DNA of 64,000 nt from Octopus sinensis (lineage: Eukaryota). Shown here piece by piece: positions 27,830 to 41,554 of the stretch. Under the pieces are notes generated by a model. It was given only the letters and a program-made list of their open reading frames with translations. It was not told the DNA's origin and did no database searches. The stretch's first letter is position 1; each line of letters opens with the position of its first letter. The stretch lies in the NCBI RefSeq assembly GCF_006345805.1, contig NC_043010.1, forward strand, positions 34,782,001 through 34,846,000, written 5' to 3'. The position numbers and the translations under genes were made by a program.

Positions 27830-28720
27830 ATTAGAACATCAAAGTGAATTCTCTGTGGTATTTCTTCTGGCTCTATATGTTCTGAGTTCAAATTCCCCTG
27901 GGGTCAACTTTTCCCCTTTCATTCTTTCAGCATCGATAGAATTAAGTACCAATCAAGTACTGGGGTCAATGGTATCAACTAGCACCTTCTCCTCAAAATT
28001 ACTGTCTTTGTACCTAAATCAGAGGCTATTAAAAGGTGTCATGTTGGCGGAATCATTAGTGTTGGGGAAAAAAATACCTTGCAGCATTTGTTCCAGTTCT
28101 TTACATTGAGTTCAATTCCTGCCATATCCAACCTTGTCTTTCACCCCTCCAGGGTTGATAAAATAAAGCATGTCAAGTTCTGGGGCCAATGGCATTGACT
28201 ATTTCCGCGCATCAAAACTGCTGGCCTTGTGCCTAAATCAGAACCGACTATTATTACCAAAAGCAGTGAGTTGGCAGAATCGTTAGCATACCAGAGAAAA
28301 TGTTTAGAGGCAGTATTTCATCCATCTTTACATTCTGAGTTCAAATTCCACCGAGCTCAACTTTGCCTTTCATCCTTATGGGGGTCAATAGAATAAGTAC
28401 CAGTTGAGAACTGAGGGTCAATGTAATCAACTTACCTCTCCCTTAAACTTGCTGGCCTAGAGCCAAAATTGATATTATCGTTATTATTATTATTATTATT
28501 ATTATTGAAGGCAGTGAGCTGGCAGAATCGCTTTGTGGCATTTTGTCCATCTTTACCTTCTGAGTTCAAATGCAACCAAGGTCAACTTTGCCTTTAATTC
28601 TTTTGGGATCAATGAAATAAGTACCAGTTGAGTACTGGGGTCAATGTAATCGATTTATCCCCTCCCCAAACTTGCTGGCCTTGTGCCAAAATTTGAAATT
28701 ATCATTATTATTATCATTAT
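27830..28720 (+). mobile_element. Head-to-tail train of 4-5 family A SINE copies
   Basis: Repeated (gg)cagtgagctggcagaatcg...ttctgagttcaaat...aagtaccag...gctggccttgtgcc, with (ATT)n tails ending near 28255, 28505 and 28720. Confidence 0.85.
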
Positions 28721-29260
28721 TTTTTTTTTCTCCTTTCTTGCTCAGCACTCATTGTTATTTATTTATTTGTCATGCATTTCTGAGGTAATTCTACATTTCT
28801 GTCAGATTCCTCTGGACTGTTGCGGTTAGGGCTATGAATGTCATAAGAGGAAGGCTAATATTCATAACCTTTGTAGTGTTTCTGAGACTGATGAGGGCAA
28901 AGAGAGGAGAAGAATATATGCAGGTAGAAGAGAAGGACCATGTGTAAATTGAGAAAGGTTTTGGAGACCTGTTGTGCTGGGTTCAAATTCTTGCTCAAGG
29001 CACAAGCTGGAGACACAGCACTGTCCTGAAATCAATCACCAACTGATGGATACATCTGATTAGAAACAGTGAAGTTATTGGCTATATTTATCACACTTCC
29101 TTGTGATAAATATTGATTAATGATAACACTAATGCCTACACTAAAGCAAAATTCTATGCAGGAGAAGAGAGGAGGAGGAGGAGGGGAAGAATATAGTTGT
29201 AGTAGGAATTGTACCCACTGCTGCCAGCAACTGTGGATTGTGGAAGCAATTATTTGAAGA

Positions 29261-30361
<1,101 letters not shown>

Positions 30362-31239
30362 CGTCTAAGACCAATCTTTATACTATGATACTAATTCCCT
30401 GTTGTAAAGAGATCTAAACTAAATTCTTTCATCAAAATATCTTGTCAATATATGTTCCAAACACCAGTTTCAACTTTTTGACACCAACCTTGATCCTAAA
30501 ATACAAACATTATGTTTTAAAAATGTTGTGCTAATTTATGTCTCAAACAACAGATTCATAACAACAAAGTTATTTTACAAAATTCTTCATTCTTTTCAAA
30601 ATTAATTGAAACAAGTTTAGTGCATTTCAGCAAAAATACGGCAACAAAGGGTTTGAAGATGTTTCCCCAGGAATGAAACTAGTCTGGCTGATCTCACTTA
30701 TTTTGTCCATGAAGATACTGCATATAGCAACTAGGTGTTTATATCTACTTCTACTGTGGTACAGTACAGCAATAATAACGTGGTTTGAAAATATTGATAG
30801 AACATTCTTCCAAGATGTTTAATCTTCAATATTCCCATGCAGTTACTCCAAGATGTACCCAATTTTTTGAGATGTAAGATGGGAATCTTTTGATTAACAT
30901 AAACTACAAAGCCACAAATTTGGAGTTTAGTGAACAAACAATATGACCTCCAGTACTTAACTGGTACTTAATTTATCAACCACTTCCCTCCTGAAGGAAT
31001 GTTTTCCTTATTGACAACAATAAAGTAGAAAAATTAAAAATTAGGAAATAAAAGCAATAAAATACTAATAATCAATATCATCCTAATAGTATGTTTGGAT
31101 TCTTGAAAGAACATAGTTTTCCAAAGCAGTTTCCCAACATGTTCTGTCTTGGATATTTTTCATTCGGTTCCATTGTTATCCCCAACATTTTCAATTCCAT
31201 TTCAGCCAATCACCACAAGTTGCTCGATGGGTACCCTAC

Positions 31240-31292
31240 CTTCCTATTTTCTCCTTTGGGTTTCAGTCCAAGGACCATCTTGTCAAACATGC
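31240..31292 (-). CDS. Probable next coding exon of the minus-strand gene (53 bp; could instead be a terminal exon running to TGA at 31210-31212)
   Basis: An 86-bp intron (31378-31293) has GTAAGT, a long pyrimidine tract and ...accatAG. Its phase 1 matches the upstream exon, giving (S)MFDKMVLGLKPKGENRK. Downstream donor AAG|GTAGGG. Confidence 0.55.
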
Positions 31293-31378
31293 CTATGGTT
31301 ATCATAATATAAATGAGCAAGCATAAAACAAAAAAAAATGGAAAAACAAAAAGCAAAACAAGGAATAAAGTAACTTAC

Positions 31379-34300
31379 TTGGCTGATTGGATGTGACACC
31401 CATCCAGTTTGGACTTGATACTGAATCCTTAGTAAGACTGTATCCATTATGGGGCACCTGCCGTCCCTCAAGAGACTGTCGCCTTGGTGGGACTTGGGGA
31501 CTGCAGGGAGGAGAATGAAACGACACCTCCCTAGCAAAGCTTACGCTTTTCTTAGAACGCGCCATATCCTTCTCGCTCAGTGATGTGTTACTGGTTTCAT
31601 TGAGTATCACGTCGCGTGTTGGATTGGCTGACACGCTGTCGCTTCCACAATCACCCGACGGTAATACCTCCACAGGGGATGATGCTGCAACAGCATCAAA
31701 GTCTTTCGGGTAATCAATGGGTCCGTCAGCACCAGCCATTTGGTCTCGGTCACAGCCGTAAGAATGTCGGTGTGTAGTAGCAGCAGTGTTGTGTTTTTTA
31801 ATATTGTCAGTCCAGGGAGCCTTAGCGTAAGGGTCGGATAGGGATCGCTGACGTTTGCGCAGGCAGGATTTTAGGGGCCGTTTGTCAGGACAATAAGTTT
31901 CTGCTAAAGTCAAACCAGTATTTCGCATGCGAACACACTGGACAGCATCTTCTAGCCCTTCTTGTTTCTCATCAAATACCTGGTTGTCATAGTAACCATC
32001 TGTTCCTAACCTACAGTCACCATATTCCTCATTTTCTTCTAATTTGCCCTCCAAGGATTTCTCAGGTGAAGTAGGTGTCTTTTCTTCAGCAACACTATAC
32101 AAAGTTTCTGCTTGAGCCGAGTTGCCACTTGAGTTTGAGGAAGTACTAGCACTCCATCTCTTCCATGGCTTTTGACGGTTGTGTGCAGGGTGGCTTTCAT
32201 ACTGATACCGTTCATAGCGGCGGTCAACTGCTCGCGTCTTTGCTTGGGTCTTCTCCTCGGGCTGGCGTACTATACGCGGGAAGGTTTCAAAACCAGCGCT
32301 GTTGTAGACATATCTGGTATCCAACAACGCTGCACAGCATGGCAGTCTGGGAAAGCTTCCAAAGCTGCCATACCAATAGTCAAAGCAACCAGGATCAATT
32401 CCTGAAGATGTAGAACTAGTGCTAAATCCACTACTACTTGAGTGCCAATCAGCTCCACGACATGCTCCAATTGGTCGAAACATGCCTGAACGTCGGCTAC
32501 AGAAAGGCCCTGATATATGCATAGCTTCTGGTCTTTGGAGTTTCTTGAGTTCTTCTAGAGTTTCCTTAAAATTAGTATTTGGAGGTGCATTTGAATTAGT
32601 ATTTGGTCGGTGTATTCTAGGATTAATTAAAACAGGTTTATCAGTGGAGCGCCTCTGAAGTCTTTGCAAAGAAGGACTTGGAAGGGTAATAAAACTTAAG
32701 TCTGGCAAAGACCTGTGTGAATAAAATACTTCACGTGCTATTCTGGTGGACATGTGAAAAGCTTCTCTGGTTTTCGTTCTTTCAGATTTTGCCATCATGT
32801 GGCAATGACACTTTGGTATATCATAGCTTCCTTCAGAGGTTTGTTTACAGTTTCTCCTCAAACCTGATGCCATGGAGCGTTCATCTTCGAAAGACGTTTG
32901 GACTCCACAGTCTCTTGTAAGAGGTGGAAACTGGGCAGAAAAGTTCTTGGTTCCCAACCATACATTGACAGATTGAGGAGAGATAGCCGTTGCTTGGGTA
33001 CGTTTTCGGTTCAGGGGCACCTGACAACAAGCTGATCTCAATTCAAAAGAACTGAACCCTTCTCTACAATCAATGCAGTCTTTAACATCGTGAGCAGAAT
33101 TGATGTGGTGGTGATGATGATGGTCAAGATGGGATGAATTCTCCCAACCTGTCTGTTCACACTGTATAGCCAGATGAATACCATCTGCACCTTTCATATC
33201 ATTGATGTACAATTTATCATCACTGTTCACAGACCATTGACCACTACCAGGTCGACTAGATGTGCTACTATTTAAAGACCACCCAGGTATATGGATATCT
33301 GGAGACGATGCTTTTCCCATTGCTTTCATACGTTGGTATAGCTCCACTAATGTTGCTGAGTAACGCTTATTCTCAGCTTTCTCATCGTCCTCTTCTTCTT
33401 CTTCTTCTTCTTCTTCTTCTTCTTTGCTACTTTCTAACCCTTTTTTCTTCTCAGCAGCAACTTTCTGCCATGTCCGAAGACACAAGTCTGGCATACTGCA
33501 ACTTTTGCCACCACTGTTTTGATTAGAAAGTTGTTTCCCTTTACGATACATTGTCTTGATTTGCTTCCATGAAACCATGGTTTTGGGGCGAGAGTGCGAG
33601 CCAACTTTATTTTTGAGGGAACTAAATGTTTGCATGCTGCACCCATTTCTTGGCAAGCTGTGCGATATTATACGGCCTTGGCCACTACATTCTGACATCC
33701 CCGAAGAAGTAGACTCGTTTTCAGCCTCCTGATTGGTTTCAGGTAGTGATGTAAGTTGCCCAACGAAGCGTGTCTTTGCTGTAGTGTCTGATCGTAGAAG
33801 TCTTAATAAAGGTGGACATTTTGCTGATACTTCTCCATCTCGGCAGTAGTGGAAGCTGTTTGCAAAAACATCTTCCGCTCCTTCCCCAGAAGAGGTACAG
33901 TAGTGATGAACACCACTCTCATTATCATCAGACTCGTGTGTTCTCAAAGGCGTTAATGAAATTTCTGCTTCTGAACTGCTCGTCTTGCTCTGCGACCCAA
34001 CAAATGATAAGCAGTAATTTTCTTTGCGAGGGTAGCAGTCTATCACCAGCTTGCCATCAACTGACTGGTTAGGATCCATTGACGATTTACTAATTTGAAG
34101 GTCACCGGACTTGTGCCCGTGGTCCAGACTGTCGTTAAGAAGATGACAAGGAGGTGCCTCGCTGGTTGGTGTTGGGGTGAACAATGGATCACTACTAAGT
34201 TCTAACATTTCACTGGAGCACATCATGTCTCGCTCACTAGTTGAAATTTCCATTGAATTTTGGTTATCAGAAAACTCCAATTCGCATTGATCCTCGAAGG

Positions 34301-35057
34301 GCGCGGGGGTTGCGTCAGAGGAGGATTTTAACGATTCGAAGCTCAGATAACTACCATTCAGCATTTGAGGCAAAATAAACATCTCATCTCTTCCTATATC
34401 ATCAAGATTAATCTGTGGATTACTTAGATTTGGTTCAAACTGAACAGAGAAATCCTCATCATAAAAATACTCTAATGCGTCTTCCGGTGACTCATTACTT
34501 GTGCTTCCTGAACTTGTTTTCATTGGTTTCTGCTGTGTTGCCATTATGTATGAGTTGCAGAGTTCTGTTGTACCTTTGATTTTGTGATTTACTTCATTTG
34601 ATGAATATCCACTATCTGGCTCATAGTCAATGGGAGGTGACAGCTTTGTTGGAGATAGTTGTTTCCAAGTGACCAGCTGATTCTTATTCACTTCACTGTC
34701 TTCCCCCCATATTACACCACTGGCTGGGTTCTCCTCACCTGACGAACCACCACTACTACTACTACTGTGTGGAGACAGATTTTTTTGTTTGGTTGGCGAC
34801 AGATCTTTCCAGGTCAGCTTGCTGGGTACATTTGCGGCTGGTTCGGCACACACACCAGTTGACTTTTTTGTGCCGACAATGGAGTTATTCATCTCGGAAT
34901 CTAGGAAGTTAGAACCAGAAGTAAGAGCTTGTTTGTTTCCATGGTGATCGACAACATCAGGCATGGTGTTGGTTTGATTTTGATACATCTCATGGAAGTT
35001 CAGGCTAAAGCCCATATTGTTCCCTTCTTTAGCTGGAGATAGAATCCTCCATGGCTT
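31379..35057 (-). CDS. Giant internal coding exon (3,679 bp, 1,226 codons + 1 nt) of an unidentified, probably disordered Ser-rich scaffold/regulatory protein
   Basis: Stop-free for 3.7 kb in AT-rich DNA. Acceptor ttcttatttctctttttctttttctctttgcAG|AAG (phase 0); donor CCAA|GTAAGT (phase 1). Higher GC than flanks, no microsatellite origin. The supplied ORF start (35063) and tail (31302-31378) are intronic. Confidence 0.93.
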
Positions 35058-35398
35058 CTGCAAAGAGAAAAAGAAAAAGAGAAATAAGAATTAGTCTTTT
35101 AATAGAAAATATGATGACATTTATAAAATAAATGCATATATATGCAAACAGGTTCAATCACACACACATATATAAGCAACCATCATGTTGATAAATATCT
35201 ACATACATATCACTGCCTCTGCTAACAGCCATATATACCAATACCACAAACCAATCTGAATAGTGTAACTAGGATCACATTATCTAATGTATCTCCTTCT
35301 TTTAAGACAAAAATATGTGAAAAGGTGGGAAATTTGGGGAATGTGGCTGCTATTTTTAGCAGAGTGAGTGATAAAAAATTGAAAAAAAACTGGTAGCT

Positions 35399-35592
35399 CA
35401 GTGGTTCTCAACTGGGATCGATATAAGACCTTGTTAAAATTTATGTGCAATAAATTGGTTATACTTCTAAATTACACAAAATATTTTAAGCGTATAATAT
35501 TTAATCATAAAAATACAGTAGGGTGTTTTTATATGCATTGAATGGCTACGGAGGTCCAAGAGAGTAAAAGAGGAGTTGGTTGAGAACCACAG
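35399..35592. mobile_element. hAT (Charlie-like) MITE; related copies at ~6465-6700, 18060-18201 and 37066-37280
   Basis: TIRs cagtggttctcaac / gttgagaaccacag; no intact TSD at this copy. Confidence 0.7.
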
Positions 35593-36398
35593 AAGTGGAT
35601 TGTAATAATGTCTTTGATCATAAGTATTCAGGATCAGATTTTACTTGGAGCAAAACACAACTATTCATTCATTACAGCATCAACAACAGACCAGCAGTGG
35701 GGGCTTCTGTATGATTCTGTGAGAAAATAATAGTCAAATTTCTGATTAATAACAACTTTCAAATAATCAAAGGATGTATTAATGTAGTTCGCCTTATTTG
35801 TAAAAAGATGAGGTGTCATGGCAGGAATGCTTTTGATCAAAGGCTTGGTAGATGTTAGCATTGACTTGGGGTTAAATGATGATGATACTACATAAAATAC
35901 CATTTCAAAAAAACAACTCATATTTGAGCACAAAAAGTTGAGCAACATCTGAACTAGTTTGAATTTCGGTGCATGACTGTAAGCGTCTTTAATGAGTTGA
36001 CAAGAGAGCCTTTATGTGGTTGCATGACCAACTAGAAATACCAGCCAAGCCATCCTTTAATTGCATCTGACCAAGTTAAATAAGGAAAAGACACATTAGC
36101 AATGTAATCTTACATAACTCTACAAAGAATAGTTTTTCACAGCTGGAATATCTTTAGTCATAGGTCTATTCGGTCAGAGTTGACTTGGTGTTAAACAGCA
36201 AACAACAACAACACCAACTACAACAACATACCAACCAAGGCTAGTAACAAAAGACAATGAATAAAGCAAGAGCTGTTTTCACATGTTTACCTAACAAGCA
36301 TAAACATTTTATCTTCATTAAAAGATAAGCTATCAATCTAGTAAACTGCTGTACCATATCAAACCCCCATTACCACCGTGTCACTATCATCATCATCA

Positions 36399-36463
<65 letters not shown>

Positions 36464-36508
36464 TATATACATATACACACACATTTATACATATACACAC
36501 ACACATTT

Positions 36509-36545
<37 letters not shown>

Positions 36546-36960
36546 CACAAACACATACATACATATTTATATATGCATATCATTTTACTTTACATAAGCA
36601 CATACTGACATATGACAACAATAAACACACACAAATATCACGTACACAAACAAATGGTTCATCTTGTTTACTTTTTGAAGTGAGACTTAATATATATGGA
36701 TATATGTACATCCATCTATCCGTATATATTCATTTATTTATTTATCTATTTATCTATTTATTTATCTATCTATCCATTTATTTATTCATAACCCCCTGCT
36801 GTATTTGGTAGTCAAGTAATTACTGTCAGGCAATCAACCTTCTATCACTTCGTAAATTAGCTTGCACCAAGGCATTTCTTGTTTACATTTTAATAATTAG
36901 CCTTCAGTTACTAATATGGGCAGTTTGGGAAGGAAGAGGTGAGCTGCTCCTCTGTCTGTC

Positions 36961-37026
<66 letters not shown>

Positions 37027-38859
37027 GCAGTTGGCCATATTGGCATAAGACTGTAGCGTTAGCTCAGAGGTTCTCAACCAGGGTCCATAAAAGAATTTTG
37101 TTAAAGTTTATGACCAATAAATTGGTTACATATCTACAATGCAGAAAAATATTCAAACAATTTTTTATACAATTTCTAATAATATTTAATTATAAATGTA
37201 TATTAGGAATTTTTTAAACATAAGAGTCCAATAAAGTAAAATGACTATCAAAGGAGTCCATAGGCAAAAAATGATTCAGAAAAAAATGAACTCAAATAAA
37301 ATAAAATGGTGGTGGTGGTGGTAGTGAGGGATGTAGTTTGGTGAATGACTGGATGTCTGATAGATATTTGATGCAGTATGATAAATGGCCAGGTCTACAA
37401 AAGGAAGGTGATTATAGAAAGTAGGATTGGACGACCAGCTTTGAGATAGAAAGAGAGTGTAGTCTGATGGATGGCAATATCTATGGTAGAGAAAGAAGTG
37501 CAAGAGTATGTAGGCTGAACAAACAGAACGAATCATGAATCAGAATTTTGGAGTGATTCATATGCCCAATACATTAAATGCATCATAGCTCAGTCTGGTT
37601 TCTATCAGACAAACCATTGATGTATTGCTATTTTACGTTTTATTTGTTTCAGTCATTAGACTGTGGCCATGCTGGGGCATCACCTTAAGATTTTAGCCAA
37701 ATGAATTGACTCCAGTACTTTTTTTTAAGCCTGGTACTTATTCTATCGGTCTTTATTTTGCCAGAACAGTAAGTTACAGGGGATGTAAGCACACCAACAC
37801 TAGTTTTCAAGTGGTAGTGAGAGTCAAACAAAGACACACACAAGCACACACGCAAACGCACACACACACAACACACGCGAGCTTCCTTCAGTTTCCATCT
37901 ACCAAATTTATTCTCAAGGCTTTGGGCAACCTGCAGTTATAGTAGAAGACACTTGTTAAAGGTACCATGCAGTGGGACTGAACCCTGAACTATGTGGCTA
38001 GGAAGCAAACTTCATACCATATAGCCACACCTGCACCTATATGCATATAGCTGTTTTTCACAACATGTCTATAGTCCACATTCTGCTAATTAGTAGTAAT
38101 AGTTAAATTAGTGTTAACATATTTACTGAAGATAGCATCAAAAGGTTGACTGGAGATAATTATGTGTTTAGTGAACAAAAAATATTTGTGAAATATTTTC
38201 TTTCTTTCGTTAAATACAGGAGATAACTCTGACCATGTTTTGGTCTTATTTTGACTATCTTCAGTGAAATATAAATTTCACTCTACTTGTTGAAATAGTT
38301 ATGGAAAGAATCACTAAATAAATAAGCACTTGTAGACATAGAAAACTATCAACGTTTAGAGAATAAATCAACTCAGTGTACTTTATTTTATAGTTTCTAC
38401 ATTCTCTCTCTCTCTCTCATGATGGGCTGCCTACAACCTATCTATGTCTATAGACTGCCTACAACCTTGCTATGTCTACTGTCTACCTACATTCTATCTA
38501 GAACTTACTAGCACTAATAGAGTACGACCTATCTATATTATAGCATACCTATCAATCTGCCCATCAATCCTTCTATCAGTCTCTCCATACCTCCCTATTT
38601 CTGTTCATCCATCAATCTGTCCATTCATCCATCCAACACTATCTGTCTGTCTCTGTGACATTCACTATCTAACACTATCAATTAATTCCACCTGTCTATC
38701 TAACACTCCTTGCCTCTCTCCCTCGCACACACACACACACAGAGTCTATCTCTCTATCTAGCACAATCAGTCTATTTCTTTATCTGACACAATCAGAATG
38801 TCTTTGTATGTACAGCAGTCTATCTATCTAATCTAAACATCTACAAAGATCTCTAGCTA

Positions 38860-40510
38860 TCTGTAGCACAGTAGCTGCCAAACTGAATTCAAGATGAATC
38901 ATCTCACCAAAAGAGATGTTTGTCACAGCAGGAAACAATCATTACAAAACAACAAACACAGACTCTTGAACATATTCATCAAGTTGCATATTAATGGCTG
39001 CTGTTGAAGAGGAAACTATTTGGCAATGGCCACGTCAACTATGCAAATGCTTTTCTAAGATAAAAATGTTGTAACTAGATTACATTACTGCTACTGCCAT
39101 TGTTATTATTATCATTATTATTTATTTATCATTATGTTGCAGCTCAGAGTAGTTGCAAAATTAATGATCTGTTGGATAAAATACCTTTACATAATTTAGC
39201 TGGGTTTTTGGGGTTTTTTTTTCTTAATCTTATGTTCACAGTACAAATTCTAGGGTGGTCAACGGCCAAATTCATATTTCCAAGGTAGGAAAAATTAAGT
39301 ACAAGACAAATACTTAGGTTGATTTAATTGACTGTACCCTTCACCCAAAATTTATTGTCTTACGCCAAAGTTAGAAGCTGAAATACATCATACACCATAA
39401 CAGTAACCTCCAGCATCACTAGAATATCTGCCAAGATATTCCAAGGTGACTATACACTTGTTCCATATTTTGTCCTAAGCTTATAGCTCTATAATAACTA
39501 ATAAATAGATCCAATTAAGAAAACTATATGAGAGGAGCTGAAAGAGAGGAGCTGGTTCATTATTATCTTCTCTTCGTGGATGCAAAAGATCATCAGCTTG
39601 GGGGTCAATAAACTGAACAAGGACATTCTGGATTGGATAAATGCAAGGAGTTGATTCAGGTCAGATAAGCAAACCAAGCAGACGATTTGGAACTCCACCA
39701 AAATGGGAGATAATACAAGAGTTGGGCAATTTCAAGTTCTACAGATACTTGGGTATGGGTGAAAGTAAAATTGTGTAAAAGCTGTGTGAAGAAGAATGAA
39801 AAATGAATATTTTGATGGAGGAAAAAAAAATCTAGAAATTCATTTCAGTAACAACAATATCTGTGTCATTAACAGGAGTGCCAGCTATAACTTATAGCTC
39901 TGCAGTACTGAAGAAGAATATAACAGATCTAGATTCAGGAAATCATTAAAATGGGAGATCTATAGAAAAATACTATATGTAGCTGTGTGGTAAGAAGTTA
40001 GCTTCCCAACCACATGGTTCTGAGTTCAGTCCCACTGTATGGAACCTTGGGTAAGTGTTTTCTAGTGTTGCCTCAGGCTGACGAATGCCTTATGAGTGGA
40101 TTTGGTAGGCAGAAACTGAAAGAAACCCATAATATATATATATATCATCATCATCATCATCGTCGTTTAGCGTCCGTTTTCCATGCTAGCATGCGTTGGA
40201 TGGTTCTACTGGGGTCTGTGAAGCCAGAAGGCTTCATCAGGCCCAGTCAAATCTGGCAGTGTTTCTACGGCTGGATGCCCTTCCTAACGCCAACCACTCC
40301 GTGAGTGTAGTGGGTGCTTTTTACGTGCCACCCGCACAGGTGCCAGACAGAGCTGGCAAACGGCCACGAACGGATGGTGCTTTTTATGTGCCACCGGCAC
40401 AAGGGCCAGGCGAGGCTGGCAACGGACACGAAACGGGGCGGTGCTGGCAACGGTCGCGAAACGGAAGGTTCTCTTACATGCCACCGGCACTGGTAACACA
40501 TTTGCAATTT

Positions 40511-40554
<44 letters not shown>

Positions 40555-41280
40555 GTGTGTGTGTGTGTCATTGTATCTATGTTTTTCAATTCATTTGATT
40601 AAAAATTCCAGCGTGGCCACAATCTAGTGACTGAAACAAGTAAAAAATAAAAAATATGGATCCCAATTACAATACACTCTTAAAAGACAAAATATTGGTA
40701 GAGGACTACTGAGCATTAAGAAGCAGTATAAGAGGGCTATCACCACTGTTGTCATTCTAACTCATAAAGAAAACCAGTTACATCCCTTCATAGATTATAA
40801 TTTTACAAAATGACAAATCAATTATATTCACAATAAAATTCTCTCGAGAAATTGAATTATTTTTTTGTACAGCTGTCTAAACCTAAAGCAACAGCACAGA
40901 CAGATATACTGATGGAATGTTAAGTCAACCATGGTGAACAACTATAAAGGTATGCCTTTACATGGCCATTATTTCCACAAACTGAATTCCTTATGTATTG
41001 TGGCCTAGATGAACAAATCCACCTTGAATGGAGCAACAGAAACAATAACAATTCATTATAGAGGAGCAGGCCATCTTGATATCAATAATTCTCACAATAT
41101 AAGTAACAGATGTTGCCTGTATGGTGTATTTGCTGAAACAATACACCATGCTGTATCAATTTGCTACAGTAGCTTTGGCAAAATGTACTTTAGGGCACAA
41201 CGATGAAGCAAAACTGTTTAAATATGCAGAGCTACCTTATTTCATCTTCTTTGAATCTTCACCTGTCTTAGAAAATGACA
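38860..41280 (+). mobile_element. Fragmented R4/Dong-type (RLE) non-LTR retrotransposon relic, interrupted by SINEs
   Basis: Colinear degenerate motifs: LAMA-VNYANAF (~39020), IFQGD (39436-50), YLLFVD (39564-81), GLDKC (39630-44), YRYLG (39740-54), GRGLLSI (40697-717), PLHG (~40955-66), EEQA (~41060), C...ETIHHAVSIC (41111-64), HN (41196-201). Confidence 0.8.
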
Positions 41281-41290
41281 ATCAAAAATA

Positions 41291-41554
41291 TAGTAACACC
41301 TCAATATACAAGTTAATTTGTTCCCGGAGAGCACTTGTAAAGCGGTGGAATAATTTCCCATAGTAGCAATAAAATTTTATGCTGTCATTTTACTCCATCA
41401 CTGTGTAGATAGAGGCATCAGAACCAGTGTTGCCACATGTTGCAACATTGCCACGTACACAAATTGGCTGTTTAACCTTTTATGTTTATTATAAAATAAA
41501 ACTCGTAAACCCAGGGTCTTGTAAAGCAGGTCCTTGTAAAGTGAAGTATTACTG
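41291..41554. mobile_element. pogo/Tigger-like MITE, degenerate
   Basis: Ends tagtaacacctcaa / gtgaagtattactg, flanked by TA on both sides. Confidence 0.5.

Noticed and set aside
28860-29155. Possible minus-strand exons (KFCFSVG... or DSAVSPACALSK...)
   Set aside because: Acceptor-like sites exist, but there is an in-frame TGA at 29032, no strong donor and no recognisable protein.
30731-30920. Possible minus-strand exon after ctttgtAG
   Set aside because: Short open frames only, weak donors, unremarkable composition.
31302-31378. Hydrophobic C-terminal 'TM-like' tail of the 1253-aa ORF
   Set aside because: It is the T-rich intron read past a consensus GTAAGT donor; relevant only if the intron is retained.
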